Origin: Azolla caroliniana
Lineage: Eukaryota > Plantae > Polypodiophyta
DNA length: 64,000 nucleotides
Direction of reading: 5' to 3'
Assembly (NCBI GenBank): GCA_043228905.1
Contig: JBHGNT010000003.1
Span: 13,950,001-14,014,000, forward strand
Part shown: positions 11,924-24,512 of the stretch, piece by piece
Layout of the letters: every line of letters begins with the position of its first letter
Position numbering within the stretch: position 1 is the first letter of the stretch
Program-made: the position numbers and the translations under genes
Notes under the pieces: model-generated
What the model was told of the DNA's origin: nothing
The model's database searches: none
The model's input: only the letters and a program-made list of their open reading frames with translations

Positions 11924-14114
11924 GAGGATTCGCCTCCAAGACTATCTAGATTTCTTTCATGATTAGCTCGCACCGTTAGGAATTGAACAGATCTTTGGTT
12001 GTCAAGACTCTTTATTCGAGCAAATGCCGCACCATTGTCGAACACTTTGGTTTCCATCCGAGATGATGTGATATACAGTTGTCCTAGGATGATAGGATGC
12101 GACGCCGATTCTTGCAAGAAGAAGTGTTGATCCATCTCCACATCCCCGATCGCGACTTTAACATTGGGACAAGCTCCGTACAAGTCCTCCGTAGTCTTTG
12201 TTGCCGTGCGAATCTTCCATCCGTGATTTGTATTGATTGGCCATCTTCCTTTTTTGTAGAAGTCGGTTGACATCAGGTTGATCTCCGAGCCATGGTCGAT
12301 CAAGGCTACCACGGTCTCTTTCTTCTCCCCGATCTTCACCGGCGTCTCCGTTGTCGCTCATACCCAATGAGGTCGAGTATAGTGGTTGTCCACCATTTCT
12401 TCATCGACTTCGTCTCTTGCCATCGTTATGGTATTTGCATTCGCTTTTAGTGGCTTCTCTTCTTCTTCGTCCGATTGTTGCCTTTTTCGCTTTACAAGGT
12501 CCACGATCGTGTCGTGGAACTCCTTCTTCATAATGCCAAGTAATTCCCTCAAGGACAAAGTCACGTGGCTGTCAAGAACGCGTTCCTCGAGAATCTTCTT
12601 CAGGTCTGTCATCTACTCTATGTCCGACCTTAGCTTATAAGTAGGCATAGTCCTTGTCTTTCGAGCGGGGTCTTCAACACCAATCTTCCCGGGCCAAACC
12701 GTTTCTTCGACTCGTTTTCTCGACTCCGCTTTTCGGCTAGCGTCTCCTTCCTCCATTTGTAAAGATCGAGTCGTTTCTGCATCTTCTTTCTTTTTCACGT
12801 TCCTTGTTTCATGTCTTTTTGATGGGCTTTGCTCTTCTATTCTTTTTCTCTTTTCTTCGACGAACACCTCGTGGTTGTCGCACATCACTGCCGCGAGTAT
12901 GGTGTTGTCATCCACCGGATCCAACCACCCGGTTATGCTTTCCACGCTTCGGTCCGCAAGCTCTATCTCATTCGATGTGACCTTCCCCATCTTCTCATAC
13001 TCGAGAACGGAAGACCAAAACTTTGCTCCCACTTTCGCAACTTCATTTCTGTCTTTCCCAACTCTTATTCCGGCCGTTGCAGCATAGTGCATCGCATCCA
13101 CATGAGTCGCCTCACCATCTTCCATAGATTTCTTCATTCCCCCTCTTCCGAAATTCACCCGTAGGGGTCTTCGAGTTTCAGTCGAGTAGATCATGTTGTC
13201 ATCTATGTATACGATATTTTGTCGGATCGCCTCTAGAAAGCTCGCGCAATCCCTTCTCATGGGGTCCATGCTATCGTACCACATGCATCTAAAGGGTGTT
13301 CTTTTCCTTTGGGGCCCTGACGATTCATGTTGGCTAGCGTGACCATCTCGAACTTCTTCACTAGCTCTTCGATAATGTCCTCATCAATCTTCCTTTCTTC
13401 CGGGCTGCTTTGTTTGGACGGCTTAGCTACTTTCGGTTGTCTTGTTTTCTCCGCCACATTCGATCCCGCCAAGTCTGTGTCATCAACCCACTGACAACGC
13501 TTGTCGAGCCTATTATATGCTCACTTCACCACAACCCAGTCCGCCACAAGCCCTTTCGCTTGGGTATCATCTTCGAGAAGAGTACCCAGTTCTTGTCTAT
13601 CCTTTATATCCACAGCCTTTAGGAAGTACAAAGTTTTGTCCTCCTCAAGTAGCACTTGGTCTGTGGCGGGGAGACGATAAAACATTTGTTCGAATTCGTC
13701 ATACACCCTCGAGGCGCTCATCTTCTTATTCTTCTTTTCTATCCACTTCATCAAGGCATGTCGAGTCATCCTCGACAAATCTTCTGTCGCGAACTCCGTT
13801 AATATTGCTTTCTCGAACTTTGACCACGTTGTCTTCCCTTCTTGAAGCTCGATGACACGCCTTTGGATGTTCTTGGCGACCACTCTCTTGAAACTTGTGA
13901 TTTGACGCGTTTTAGACATGTCCCTCTGATTCATCTCCCTTCTATATGCATCAAGGAACTTCGTAATGTTCCTTCCCTCAAATTGACCCTCGAGCTCAAC
14001 GACACGGTCAACAGCCTTCTCCATGCTCACATCGTTGTCTCAAGATCTCATCATTTGTTCGACGATTATCATCATCCTTTCGAATTCTCCCGCTTGATTG
14101 CTTGAGGATGCCAT
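11914..14114 (-). pseudogene. gag: gag-protease of element P
   Basis: ORFs 13521-14030, 13257-13472, 12613-13284 (decayed knuckle), 12358-12612 and 11914-12339 (retropepsin ALIDHGSEIN..IILG). They are joined by in-frame TGA/TAG stops (probable C-to-T changes) and one indel. Confidence 0.88.
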
Positions 14115-15064
14115 CTCCAAGTTTTGGTCGATCCTCTACTTGATCCTTCCTACTGCCTCTTTCACATCGGGTTCACCACTTAATTATGTCGTGAAGATCC
14201 GTCACTAGGCACGGATCGTGAGGCGGAACCGTTGGGGTTCTGGACCGGAAGGATTCGAAGTTTATGTTAGTTTTAGCAAGAAAGTATTTAAGATAGATTG
14301 AGAGAGATTGATATGGCAAGAGAGAGATACTCAAAAAAAGATTTAACTCTTGATTTTAGATTTGAGAGAGAAGATACATCAACAATAGGGTTACAAGTCT
14401 CTTATTTGATCATCCAAAAATTTTACATTAGTCCTTTCATCTTTTTCCTCCCCTCTTTTATAGATGCCCTCATGCATTTGAGGGTACAAGACATGCATAA
14501 AATTCATGTTTGCCATTTCGCGCTCATGTATTACATGTGGTGCATGATAACCATGTCACTCATTTTAGCTCTCATGTATGAGAATTTACATGTAAAGTTA
14601 CAATGATAAAAATATAATTCCAAGAAAATGTGTTGGCTTAGTGTTAACCTTATTGACTCTCAACTTGGAGGTACAAGGTTCAAATCCTTACTTTCTCTCC
14701 TTGTATATATGTACAAATATTTGTTTATTTATTTATCCATCTAGTCGCCGGATGTCGGTTACCATCCGGTCGTCGGATACCGTTTGCAGCCGGCTCACCG
14801 GCTCTGTCGCCGGTCCGGTTTTGGTTGGCCAAAACCGTTGCAAGTAGCCAAGCCACACCCATTTATCCAATAGCTTAGTTCAGGTCACCTTGACCTCTCT
14901 ATGCTCCACACATAAATACAAAGATAATAGCTTTTGCCCTACCTTATATATGATGAGATCCTTATTTGTCCTATCTATGTGGGATATCTCACAAATTTAT
15001 TTTTCTCTTTGTCTTTGCCAACTTCCTACCCACATAAGTTGACACTTAGGTATTTGTTTCTTAT

Positions 15065-18000
15065 TGTTGAGAGACAAGCTCAACATCGGCCGGATCGGCT
15101 AAAGAAGCTGAGGACCGGATCGGTTGGGACCGATCGGTTAGGCCGAGTGCGTAAACCGGGAGGTCGTTAGGAAAGATATTCCGTGAGGAATATATTTGGG
15201 AGTTAGTGTAGGAGCTCTTGATGAGCATTGAAGTACTGTCAGTACTTCGGTCAGTCTTTCTAGGACTTGTATAAAAGTGTTCACTGAGCACGTCTTATGT
15301 ACAGACTGAGTATTATTGTTGAATATATTTTTTGTGTCTTCTCTCTCACTCTCTCTGTCTCTCCTGCGTATACCGTGTAAGCACAAGCTCTCCATTGAAC
15401 CTGAGTTTCCTTCCTTCTGTTTGGTCTTCATACCTGCTTCCGCACGTTACTTCTTACATGGTATCAGAGCGCGAGGGTTGAGAACCTCTCTGCAGCCGAC
15501 ACAACTTGACGAAGAAGAACAAGAAGAACAATGGATAGAGGCATGGCGAGCTCGCTTCCAATAGAGAAGCTCGACCAAACCAACTACGCGTCTTGGTCCT
15601 ACCAGATGCACTAGTACCTACTCGGGCACGACTACTGGAGCTATGTCGAAGGAGCTAATGAGGCGGCACCCGAATCGACACACAGAGACTTCCCGTCGTG
15701 GGAGCAATCGGCGAGCAGGGTATTATACTGCTTCGCGTCGTGTGTGGGCGAACAGTTATTGAGCTATGTTCGGGATGCAAAGACGCCGAAGGGTGCGTGG
15801 GAAAATCAGAAGAAGATTTTCGCCGCGAGCACCACAGCCAAGAAGCTTCAGCTCCGACAGGAGTTGAGCAACCTACGACAACGCGACTTGTCGGTGGCGA
15901 ACTATACCTCGAACATCAAGGATATCTGCGACTCCCTCGCCTCCATAGAGGTGAACATCGAGGAGAGCGAGATGGTCCAGATCTGTCTCGGAGGTTTGGC
16001 ATCGAAGTTCGAAGCGTTCCGAACGGTTGTGTGTACCCGGGAGAATATGTCGTCCTTTTTCGACTTACAGTCGATGCTCCTGGTAGAGGAGAACCACGCG
16101 GGTGCGTCAACGAGCACACACACCGATAGCAAGATGTTGTACACGGAGGGAGAAAGGCCCCCTGGTCGTGGCGGACGAGGCAACTCGGTACGCAATGGAA
16201 GCGGCCGACGAGATCAAGGAAGATGGCACCGAAGTGATGCCGACAGCAACTCCGAACCCTCCAGAAACAGGGGGAGTCGAAGCGATGAGAACCGGCAAGG
16301 GAAGGCCATCGCCGAGTGCTGGTATTGTGGCAAGAAAGGCCACAGGGAAAGTGAGTGCTGGAAGAAGCGCGCCGATTCGGAGGGAACTGGTTCCGAAAAC
16401 GGCTCTGGACATACCGACAAGGGAAATCGGCAGCGATCGCACTAAGCCAAAGACTCTGGGTGAGTCGGAGAAGGGTCTGTCTTCGTGACGAGACACAAAG
16501 CAAACTCAATGAAACAGAGCACCCCGAGATCGGACGAGGTGTGGTACGTAGACTCCGGCGCGTCAAACCACATAACGAGCCATAAGGAGTGGTTCTCGTA
16601 CCTTGAAAAACCGATACAACTTGGAGTAGTCGCAACAGGAGACGACACTCCGCATCCGATCACGAATGTCGGAGAAGTCCCCCTTAGCCATGTCGGGCAG
16701 AAAGGGAAACTCATGAACGTGTTGCACGTCCCGACAATCACGAAAAACTTGGTCTCAATCGGACAGATCGTCGACCAAGGGATGGAGGTTCGGTTTACAC
16801 ACCTCGGGTGCTTCATTGAGGAAGAAGGCCGTGTGATTGCGCAAGGGCGCAGAGACGGGAGGATGTTCATCCTCGACTCCACTGACGGCGGCACCGCAAT
16901 GTTCGCGAAGGGACAAAAATCCGAGTCGGACATCGACTTGTGGCACAAGCGGATAGGCCACATCAACTACCAGCGGCTTCAAGATCTGCAATCGAAACAG
17001 GTAGTGTTCGGATTGCCCAAATTTAGTGGCCGAAAGGCACAAATTTGTGAAGCCTGCCAGCTCGGGAAGCAACACCGACTTCCTTTCCCAAACGAGCGAA
17101 ACCGGAACCGGAACAAGCTCGACCTTATACACTCCGATGTATGGGGGCCGGCACAAAATGTTAGTCTTGGCGGGAGCCGATATTTCGTCTCCTTCATCGA
17201 CGACCACACGTGGCACACATGGATCTACCTCATTGAGAGGAAGAGCGAAGTCTTCGACTGTTTTCGGAACCTCAAAGGGTTCGTGGAAACGGAAACGGGA
17301 CGAAAGATCAAGTGCCTACGGTCGGATGGCGGGAAAGAGTACTTTTCCGGTGAATTCAACGGTTATCTACAACAAATGGGAATTCGGCGCGAATTCAGTT
17401 GTAGATACACGCAGGAGCAGAACGGCGTGGCCGAGAGGAAGAATCGGTCAGTTGTGGAAGCGGCACGGGCAATGCTGGAGGAAAAGAGCTTGCCCAAGTT
17501 CTACTGGGCTGAGGCGGTAAGGACCGCGGTATACATCCAGAACCGGATCGGAGACAAAGTTTCGGCGCATGAGCTATATTTCGGAACGAAGCCGAACTTG
17601 CGACACTTGAGGGTGTTCGGTAGCATCGCGTATGTGCATGTACCGAAGGAGAAAAGGAGGAAGCTGGACACAAAGGCCGAGAAATGCATCTTGGTCGGTT
17701 ACTCGGACGAGCAGAAGGGTTATAAGTGCTATAACCCTCACACTAAACAAGCGCGTGTCAGCCATGACGTTGTGTTTGACGAGTCCGCGTCCTGGTACCT
17801 GCCCCCGACTCCGAACACCGACTCAAATCCGAGTTCTGACGATGAGGTCAGCGAGGCCGAGATGCCTCCGGATGAGCCCGAAATCGAGACCCACGAAGAG
17901 AGTCCGATTTCACTCCGGTTAAGTGGACCGATTGGACGACTGAGTCGGTACGACCAGTCCGATGAAGAGTCGGCGAGTAGTGGAGACTCCGCCATGCATT

Positions 18001-20760
18001 CCCTGCGCAGGAAGCCGAGGAGACGGCTTATGTGCAAAGAGAAAGGGAAGAAGAAGGTGTCGGATTCCGGCACGGATAGGAATGTGTCAGACCGATGCGA
18101 GTCCAACTTCGAGGGAACCGGTGACGGGTCTTTGAAGGTGAAGTCCACGTCGACCGAGAAGGTCTCGACATCGGCTAATATGAGATTACGCCGATCTACC
18201 CACCAGAAGAATCCTGTTTTGCGGTTCGGATACAACGAGTACATGGCGCATCATTATGCGTACATGACCCGTGTAGCGGAAGTGCGTGAGCCGGAGAGCT
18301 ACGCAGAAGCGGCTAAAGACGCGACTTGGCGTGCCGCGATGGAGGAAGAGATGCACGCATTGGCGGAGAACGAGACCTGGGACCTGGTTGACGCACCAAG
18401 AGGGGTAAAACCGATCGGGTGTAGGTGGGTGTACAAGGTCAAGTACAACACCGATGGCTCGGTCAACCGGTAGAAGGCTCGGCTGGTGCCAAAGGGCTAC
18501 ACACAGAAACACAGCATCGACTACGATGAGACGTTTGCGCCGGTCGCGAAAATGACGACCGTCCGTGTTTTGCTCGCAGTAGCCGCGGCCAAGGGGTGGC
18601 ACTTACATCAGATGGATGTAAAGAATGTGTTCCTACAAGGTGACCTTGAGGAACAGGTGTACATGGTACAGCCCCCCGGATTTCACTCCGGAACGAACTC
18701 CTCGGCAGTATGCCAACTGAAGAAGTCCCTTTACGGACTGAAGCAAGCCCCGCGTGCCTGGAAGGCGAAGATCACGCAACAACTGCGTCGGATGGGCTTC
18801 GTCACGTCAAAATCGGACTCTTCCCTGTTCATCCGGAAAGGTCGACTCGGACCGGTTAGTATTTTACGATATGTTGATGACTTGGTCATCACCGGCGCCG
18901 ACCTAGGTGAAATCGACCGCGTGAAGCTCCAGCTTGCGGCATCGTTCGACATGAAGGATCTGGGGGATCTTCATTACTTCCTCGGGATTGAAGTGATCCG
19001 TACCCCCGAAGGCATATTGATCAGCCAATGCCATTACGTGTTGAGTATGCTCTTCAAACTTGGGATGGCCGACTGTAAGACCGTCTCGACTCCTCTGGAC
19101 AAAACCGTCAAGCTTTGTCCCGATACGGGAAAGGTATGCGACCCGACGAGGTTCCGACAAATTGTCGGAAGCCTCATATACTTGACCATCACCCGACCCG
19201 ACCTTAGTTATCCGGTCGGAGTGATCAGTCAGTTCATGGCGCGACCTACCGAGGAGCACCTTCAGTGTGCGCAACGCATACTTCGATATGCCAACGGCAC
19301 TAAGGACCGGGGACTGCTATATCGGACCGGTGCAGCCGCGCGGTTAGTTGGCTACACCGATGTTGATTGGGCTGGCAATGCCGCCGATCGCCGATCCACG
19401 TCCGGATACGCGTTTTCCCTCGTTAGTGCCTCAATCGCGTGGAGCAGTAAGAAGCAGCCGACAGTTGTACTGTCGAGCACCGAAGCTGAGTACCGAGGAG
19501 CGGCTGTTGCGACATGCGAAGCCATATGGTTGAAGCGGCTACTTAAGGACCTGCAGGAGGAGGTGTCAGATCCGACGACGATCTACTGCGACAACCTCAG
19601 CAGCATCCAACTTGCGAAGAACCCCGTTTTCCATGCACGGACCAAGCACATTGAGGTGCACTACCATTTCGTCCGTGAGCGTGTCCTTTCCGGTGAAGTC
19701 GAACTTCAGTACGTTCCGACGGATCGGCAGACTGCCGACATCTTCACCAAGCCTCTTGGTCTGGACAAGTTGCAGCAATTCTCAGGTGCGCTCGGATTGC
19801 GTCACCTCGACGTGCCAAACTTGAGGGGGAGAACAGTCCCGAACAACCAAGCAAGGCAGCAGGAAAGGAGCGGAGACCGCGACACCGAGTCCGAGTCGGT
19901 AGACTCGGTTGTCGAGTTCGAGTTCGGATCGGCTGAAGAAGCCGAGGGCGGACCCACGGAAAAGTCCGAAAGCGGACAGAAGGGGAGCAACCGAAGGAGA
20001 GAGCCGAAGCCAACCACGCATGGGGGAGATGACGCAATCAAGGACGAGAAGACCGAAGACGAGTTGGAGACAGCCAATTCGGACGAGAGCGAAAACCGAT
20101 CGAAGGTAGCCGAGTCGGTTCGGATGTTTGATTCAGACACGCTGAATCAACCGAGGCCCAAGCGGAAGAAAAGGCAGCAGGAGAAGCGTCAACACCGCAA
20201 CAGCAGAAGAGCTTATAAGGGCCGCATGAGCAGACAAGCCGACCGGAAGGGTCGAAGCGCGCGGAGTCGAACAGGTCGAGGAGCGCGAGCGAGGCGTGAA
20301 GCCAGGAGGAACCGGAGCTGTGAGCCCGAGGATCCCGAAGAGCCTCAAGTTGAGCTTGAGGGGGAGTGTTGAGAGACAAGCTCAACATCGGCCGGATCGG
20401 CTGAAGAAGCCGAGGACCGGATCGGTTGGGACCGATCGGTTAGGCCGAGCGCGTAAACCGGGAGGTCGTTAGGAAAGATATTCCGTGAGGAATATATTTG
20501 GGAGTTAGTGTAGGAGCTCTTGATGAGCATTGAAGTACTGTTAGTACTTCGGTCAGTCCTTCTAGGACTTGTATAAAAGTGTTCACTGAGCACGTCTTAT
20601 GTACAGACTGAGTATTATTGTTGAATATATTTTTTGTGTCTTCTCTCTCACTCTCTCTGTCTCTCCTGCGTATACCGTGTAAGCACAAGCTCTCCATTGA
20701 ACCTGAGTTTCCTTCCTTCTGTTCGGTCTTCATACCTGCTTCCGCACGTTACTTCTTACA
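15065..20760 (+). mobile_element. Full-length Ty1/Copia element C1 inserted in the 5' LTR of P
   Basis: 394-bp LTRs 15065-15458 and 20367-20760 with 6 differences; TSD CTTAT; iMet PBS TGGTATCAGAGC 15459-15470; PPT GAGGGGGAG 20358-20366. Confidence 0.97.
15531..20372 (+). pseudogene. Copia gag-pol polyprotein with three premature stops and a ~180-aa C-terminal extension
   Basis: Gag, CWYCGKKGHRESEC knuckle, WYVDSGA protease, rve (IHSDVWGP, RSDGGKEY, QNGVAERKN), RT (MDVKN, YVDD), RNase H (ADIFTK). Confidence 0.95.
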
Positions 20761-20929
20761 CTTATGTAGTAAAGTGCATCCGAAAGCTCTTTAAGACCTC
20801 CATCTTTTTGTTCTAAGATATTAAACTTACTTAAAATTAGTATCTTCATTATTATTGTTTTATATGAATCACACTCGATTTCGTACGTTTTATGTGATTT
20901 TCACACCATTGCTGAAAATCTTCACAATA

Positions 20930-21177
20930 TCGCTTGATAAAACTCTATCGGCCTCCGAACTCCTTTTCAGCGTGGGTATATACCAGACTTCATTCAAAGT
21001 GATAGTATTGCCATCTGGCAATTGGATGGAGAACTCTCTGATCCTTGCGATTGCGCACTCTTGCCCGTTGCCTAGTCGAATTGTGTCGCTGGCACGTGAA
21101 ATGTGACACCGGAGTCCAGTAGCCAGGTTTGTGTGTCTTGCACACTATCTAGGACTTCTTCGATCATCAAGTCCTCT
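20930..21177 (-). pseudogene. Host Copia H, protease fragment joined to the pre-RT linker
   Basis: The minus strand reads WLLDSGVTFH and RLGNGQEC..EVWYIPTLKRS, then RRPIEFYQ, which continues into PGLDFVNY at 2264. Confidence 0.75.
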
Positions 21178-21199
21178 TGTCATAGACATATGCCACAAA

Positions 21200-21272
21200 G
21201 GAAGGTAGGGATCGAACCCAAGACCTCATGGTCTCTATTGGGCAAACCCTACCACTTAAGCTACATATGCAT
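21200..21272 (-). ncRNA. tRNA-derived A/B-box cassette in the LTR of A (second copy 32580-32648)
   Basis: Minus strand: TAGCTTAAGTGGTAG..GAGGTCTTGGGTTCGATCCCTA. Confidence 0.78.
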
Positions 21273-21434
21273 CCTTGTATTTAATTCAACTTCATATAGT
21301 GTAGATTGAAGATGGGAAGTTCCTAGCTTACATATATTCTCATTCTCTAGCTTGCATGCATCCTCATGCATTCTCTATTGCATGCATCCTCATGCACTCT
21401 ATTTCTAGCTGGCTTACATACCCCTACCCTCTTG

Positions 21435-21588
21435 TATAAATACTCATGTGCACCTTGATTCTAATAAAGGTGAACAACACAAGTTACGGATTCTATAAGT
21501 TGAGTTCTTGTTCTTTTCCTCTCTCTTGTTCTCCAGTCTTATCTTCGTTCTACTCTATTATACTTGTCCATGATAATTTGTTCACCTT
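21435..21588 (+). promoter_or_regulatory. LTR TATA box, predicted transcript start and self-priming PBS
   Basis: TATAAATA at 21435; AAGGTGAACAA 21467-21477 is complementary to TTGTTCACCTT 21578-21588, just past the LTR end. Confidence 0.85.
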
Positions 21589-21636
21589 CCTTTTCTTGCT
21601 ACCATGTCCGGCTTCATTGACAACCTAAACCAAATC

Positions 21637-22630
21637 ATGGCAACTTTGCAACAACTTCAACTGGAGAATGAAATCCTTCGGGAATCATTATGAGAGTTGC
21701 TATCCGGCACTTCAAGAAATCCACTAGCCACCGAGTCACAACCATCCTCGACACCTAGGCCGACCATGTCCTCTTCTCATCCATATTTCCTTGAACCAAC
21801 CATCAGCCTATCCGACAAATTCAATGGCACGAGGGCGCATCTTCGCGGCTTCATCAACCAAATTCGGCTTATCATCCGACTACAGCCCCAACGGTATGCT
21901 AGCGACTTTTCTCGGTTTGGGCTTGTCGGCATGCTTCTCTCTGGGCCGACGCAAGCGTGGTTTGCACCCTTCCTCATCCCCTCTCTTGGAGGACTTCACC
22001 GCTTTCATGGAGGAGCTCGAAGCGACATTTGGCGAGACAGATCGGCGACGAACGGCACTCACAAAGCTTTATTCTGTCCAACAAGGTTCACGTCCAGCCT
22101 CGATCTACACCTCAGAGTTCCGCCAGATTGCCTACGATGTTAGTTGGGATGATCAAGCCATATGCGACCATTTCCGTCGTGGTCTCCGAAATGACATCAA
22201 TACTTTTCTCTTAAACTTCCCAGAGCCCACATCGTTGTCTCAGGTAATCTCCCAAGCTGTCCAGTGTGACAATCGTCTTTTCGAACTTCGTCAAGAAGAA
22301 CGGGGGACTCGCGGGTCTCAGGATTCTTCTCGGAACGCAGCAATCACCAGGCCCTACTTTTCTCCCGCGCCAACCTTACCATCAGCCAGTGAAAACCATA
22401 CCACAATGGAGGTCGATTCTCATACCCCAATGGAGATCGACCATGCTCGGTTCCAACCACAAACTGAAGCCCAACGCAAACATTGTCGCAACAATGGACT
22501 CTGACTCTATTGTGGCCACCCCAGCCATGTCATTCGCCACTGCCCTGTGCGAGGCCCTCGACAGCAATTCCATCGTGCACGTCTTGCGGAGGTTCCTTGA
22601 CAACAAGAAAATGACCAAGTCCGGTTGTAG
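21637..22630 (+). pseudogene. gag: Gag of element A (DUF4939/retrotransposon-gag-like)
   Basis: DKFNGTRAHLRGFINQ, QQGSRPASIY..FRRGLRNDI, PMEID, GL*LYCG..H..C. Confidence 0.88.
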
Positions 22631-23389
22631 TAGGAGCCATGCCACTGGACGCTTCCCGTTACTCACCTTCTCCATCCTCCTACAAGTCTGAACCGCCATT
22701 AGGAGGGTTTTCTTTGCAAGTAAGTCTTTGTTTTGGTTTGTTGAGAATCAAGCTCAACTTGGTCTAGTGTGTGAACTAGTGTCAACATGAGCAGTATTTA
22801 TCTGGCTCGGAACCCGGTGTTCCACACGCGGACAAAGCACATCGAAGTGCACTATCACTTCATCCGAGAGTGCGTTCTAGCTAGCGATGTCGACCTACAA
22901 CACATTAGCACCAATCTTCAAACGGCTGACATCTTCACTAAGGCCTTAGGAGCCAACAAGCTATGGCAATTCATGACCGATCTCGGATTGACGATCCCTG
23001 ACCTGCCAAAGCTTGAGGGGGAGTACTGAAGATATTACGCAATAACGAGTGGATTACGCAACCACGCAACAAAGCCGCGAAGAATGACGCAAGCCGAAGC
23101 ACAGACTTCGTAACTACGCACAACACAAGCTGGATCACGGATTCCGCAACTCCGCATAAAGCGAGTCGACGCGGACTCCGGAACGTGAGTTGAAGCGGAT
23201 TTCGGATACCGTCTGAAACCGACCCGACTTGAGCTTGAGGGGGCATGTTGAGAATCAAGCTCAACTTGGTCTAGTGTGTGAACTCACCTTGAGAGTGAAG
23301 AGACACTCCAACGGTCAAGAGTCACCATTATGTCACCACTTTGTATTCTAGCATTTAGTATGAGTCATAGAATCATATTCTATGACACA

Positions 23390-24105
23390 TGTTGGTAGAC
23401 AGGTCCCTCCGGATGGGAAGGGAGAAGAACAGTGCCGACGAACAAACTCGGCCGAGGCCGAAACGGTATGAACCGGATGGGGAGAACCCGACTTCGGAGA
23501 GTCGGATGGTGTAGGCCCGGTATGAACCGGATGAGGAGTACCCGACTGCAGAGAGTCGGATGGTGTAGGCCCGGTATGAACCGGATGAGGAGTACCCGAC
23601 TGCAGAGAGTCGGATAGAGCCCATCGAGGCTACATTTGTAAATAGCCGAAGAGTCATATTAGTATAAATATGACTTAGGGCAAACTTTTAGTTTTGGTGT
23701 AGTAGTTATATGTGTGTGTTGTTGTTTTGTACAGTCATTCTAGTTGTGATTTTTCTTCCTTGTTGGTGCAAGAAGAAATCAGAGCGCGTAACTGTACAGA
23801 GAGAGAGAGAGAGAGAGAGACGAGGTCGTTGCCTGCCTCTGTTGTAACCGCCGCCTGTGGCGAAGATCTGAGAGCACGAGGTCATTGCCTCAGTGATCTC
23901 ACTGTTGTATACTTCTGCATAGTGACAGTTTGCAGCTTGTGGGCTGCCGTGGTTTTTCCCCCTAATTTTTGGGGTTTTCCACGTATACCTCCTGTGCACC
24001 ATTTCTCCTCTTTTGTGTCGCGTTTTAATTACCTGTTTTGCTGTGTATGTAAAGAATCTCGGTTGTGGCCGAGCGTCGGACATAAGGAACGTCTATTTCC
24101 CAACA
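23390..24105. mobile_element. Solo LTR S2 (same family as S1) inside the C2 5' LTR
   Basis: TGTTGG..CCCAACA ends; TSD ACACA; the empty site is visible in the 3' LTR (~29135); internal 54-bp repeat x~2.8 at 23466-23615. Confidence 0.95.
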
Positions 24106-24258
24106 ACACATAACTTATGAGCTTTCACATTCCCCATGCTCCATGAGTCTTGTAGTTAATGAAGAGAGAGGGTGACTACATAAAGCACCCTCCTCCCACC
24201 TTGTATAATGTTGAGTCTTTCTCCTTTGTCAATATACTTTTACCTTGCGTATTCTCTG

Positions 24259-24295
<37 letters not shown>

Positions 24296-24512
24296 CACAG
24301 ACATAACTCACATCTCTTCCGCTTCACAAGAATCCATCTCTTGATTCTTTACATGGTATCAGAGCGATTTGGTAGCTCGATCTAGCCCATTCGCCTCATC
24401 GTGATCGTGTGTTGTGCTCTACACCAACGACTAAGAACCGGCTCATAGCTATTGTAGCTTCACTACATAGCTTGCATTCGAAGAGAGAAGAAGAAGAAGA
24501 AGAATCGACATA

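Larger units (their letters stand above)
2265..20929 (-). mobile_element. Full-length, degenerate tRNA-Trp-primed non-chromovirus Ty3/Gypsy element (P; Phygy-like, lineage tentative) with three nested insertions
   Basis: 3' LTR 2265-3312 and 5' LTR 14187-20929 (split by Copia C1). The LTR has ~12-bp inverted termini TGTCGTGAAGAT..ATCTTCACGACA. PBS TGGTGAACCCGATGTG ~14163-14178 and PPT 3313-3328, both on the minus strand. Domain order gag-PR-RT-RH-INT. The 4-bp TSD is degenerate (CCGG/TCGC). Confidence 0.9.

Noticed and set aside
23466-23615. 54-bp repeats with internal hairpins resembling a CRISPR array
   Set aside because: No unique spacers, eukaryotic context, inside a solo LTR
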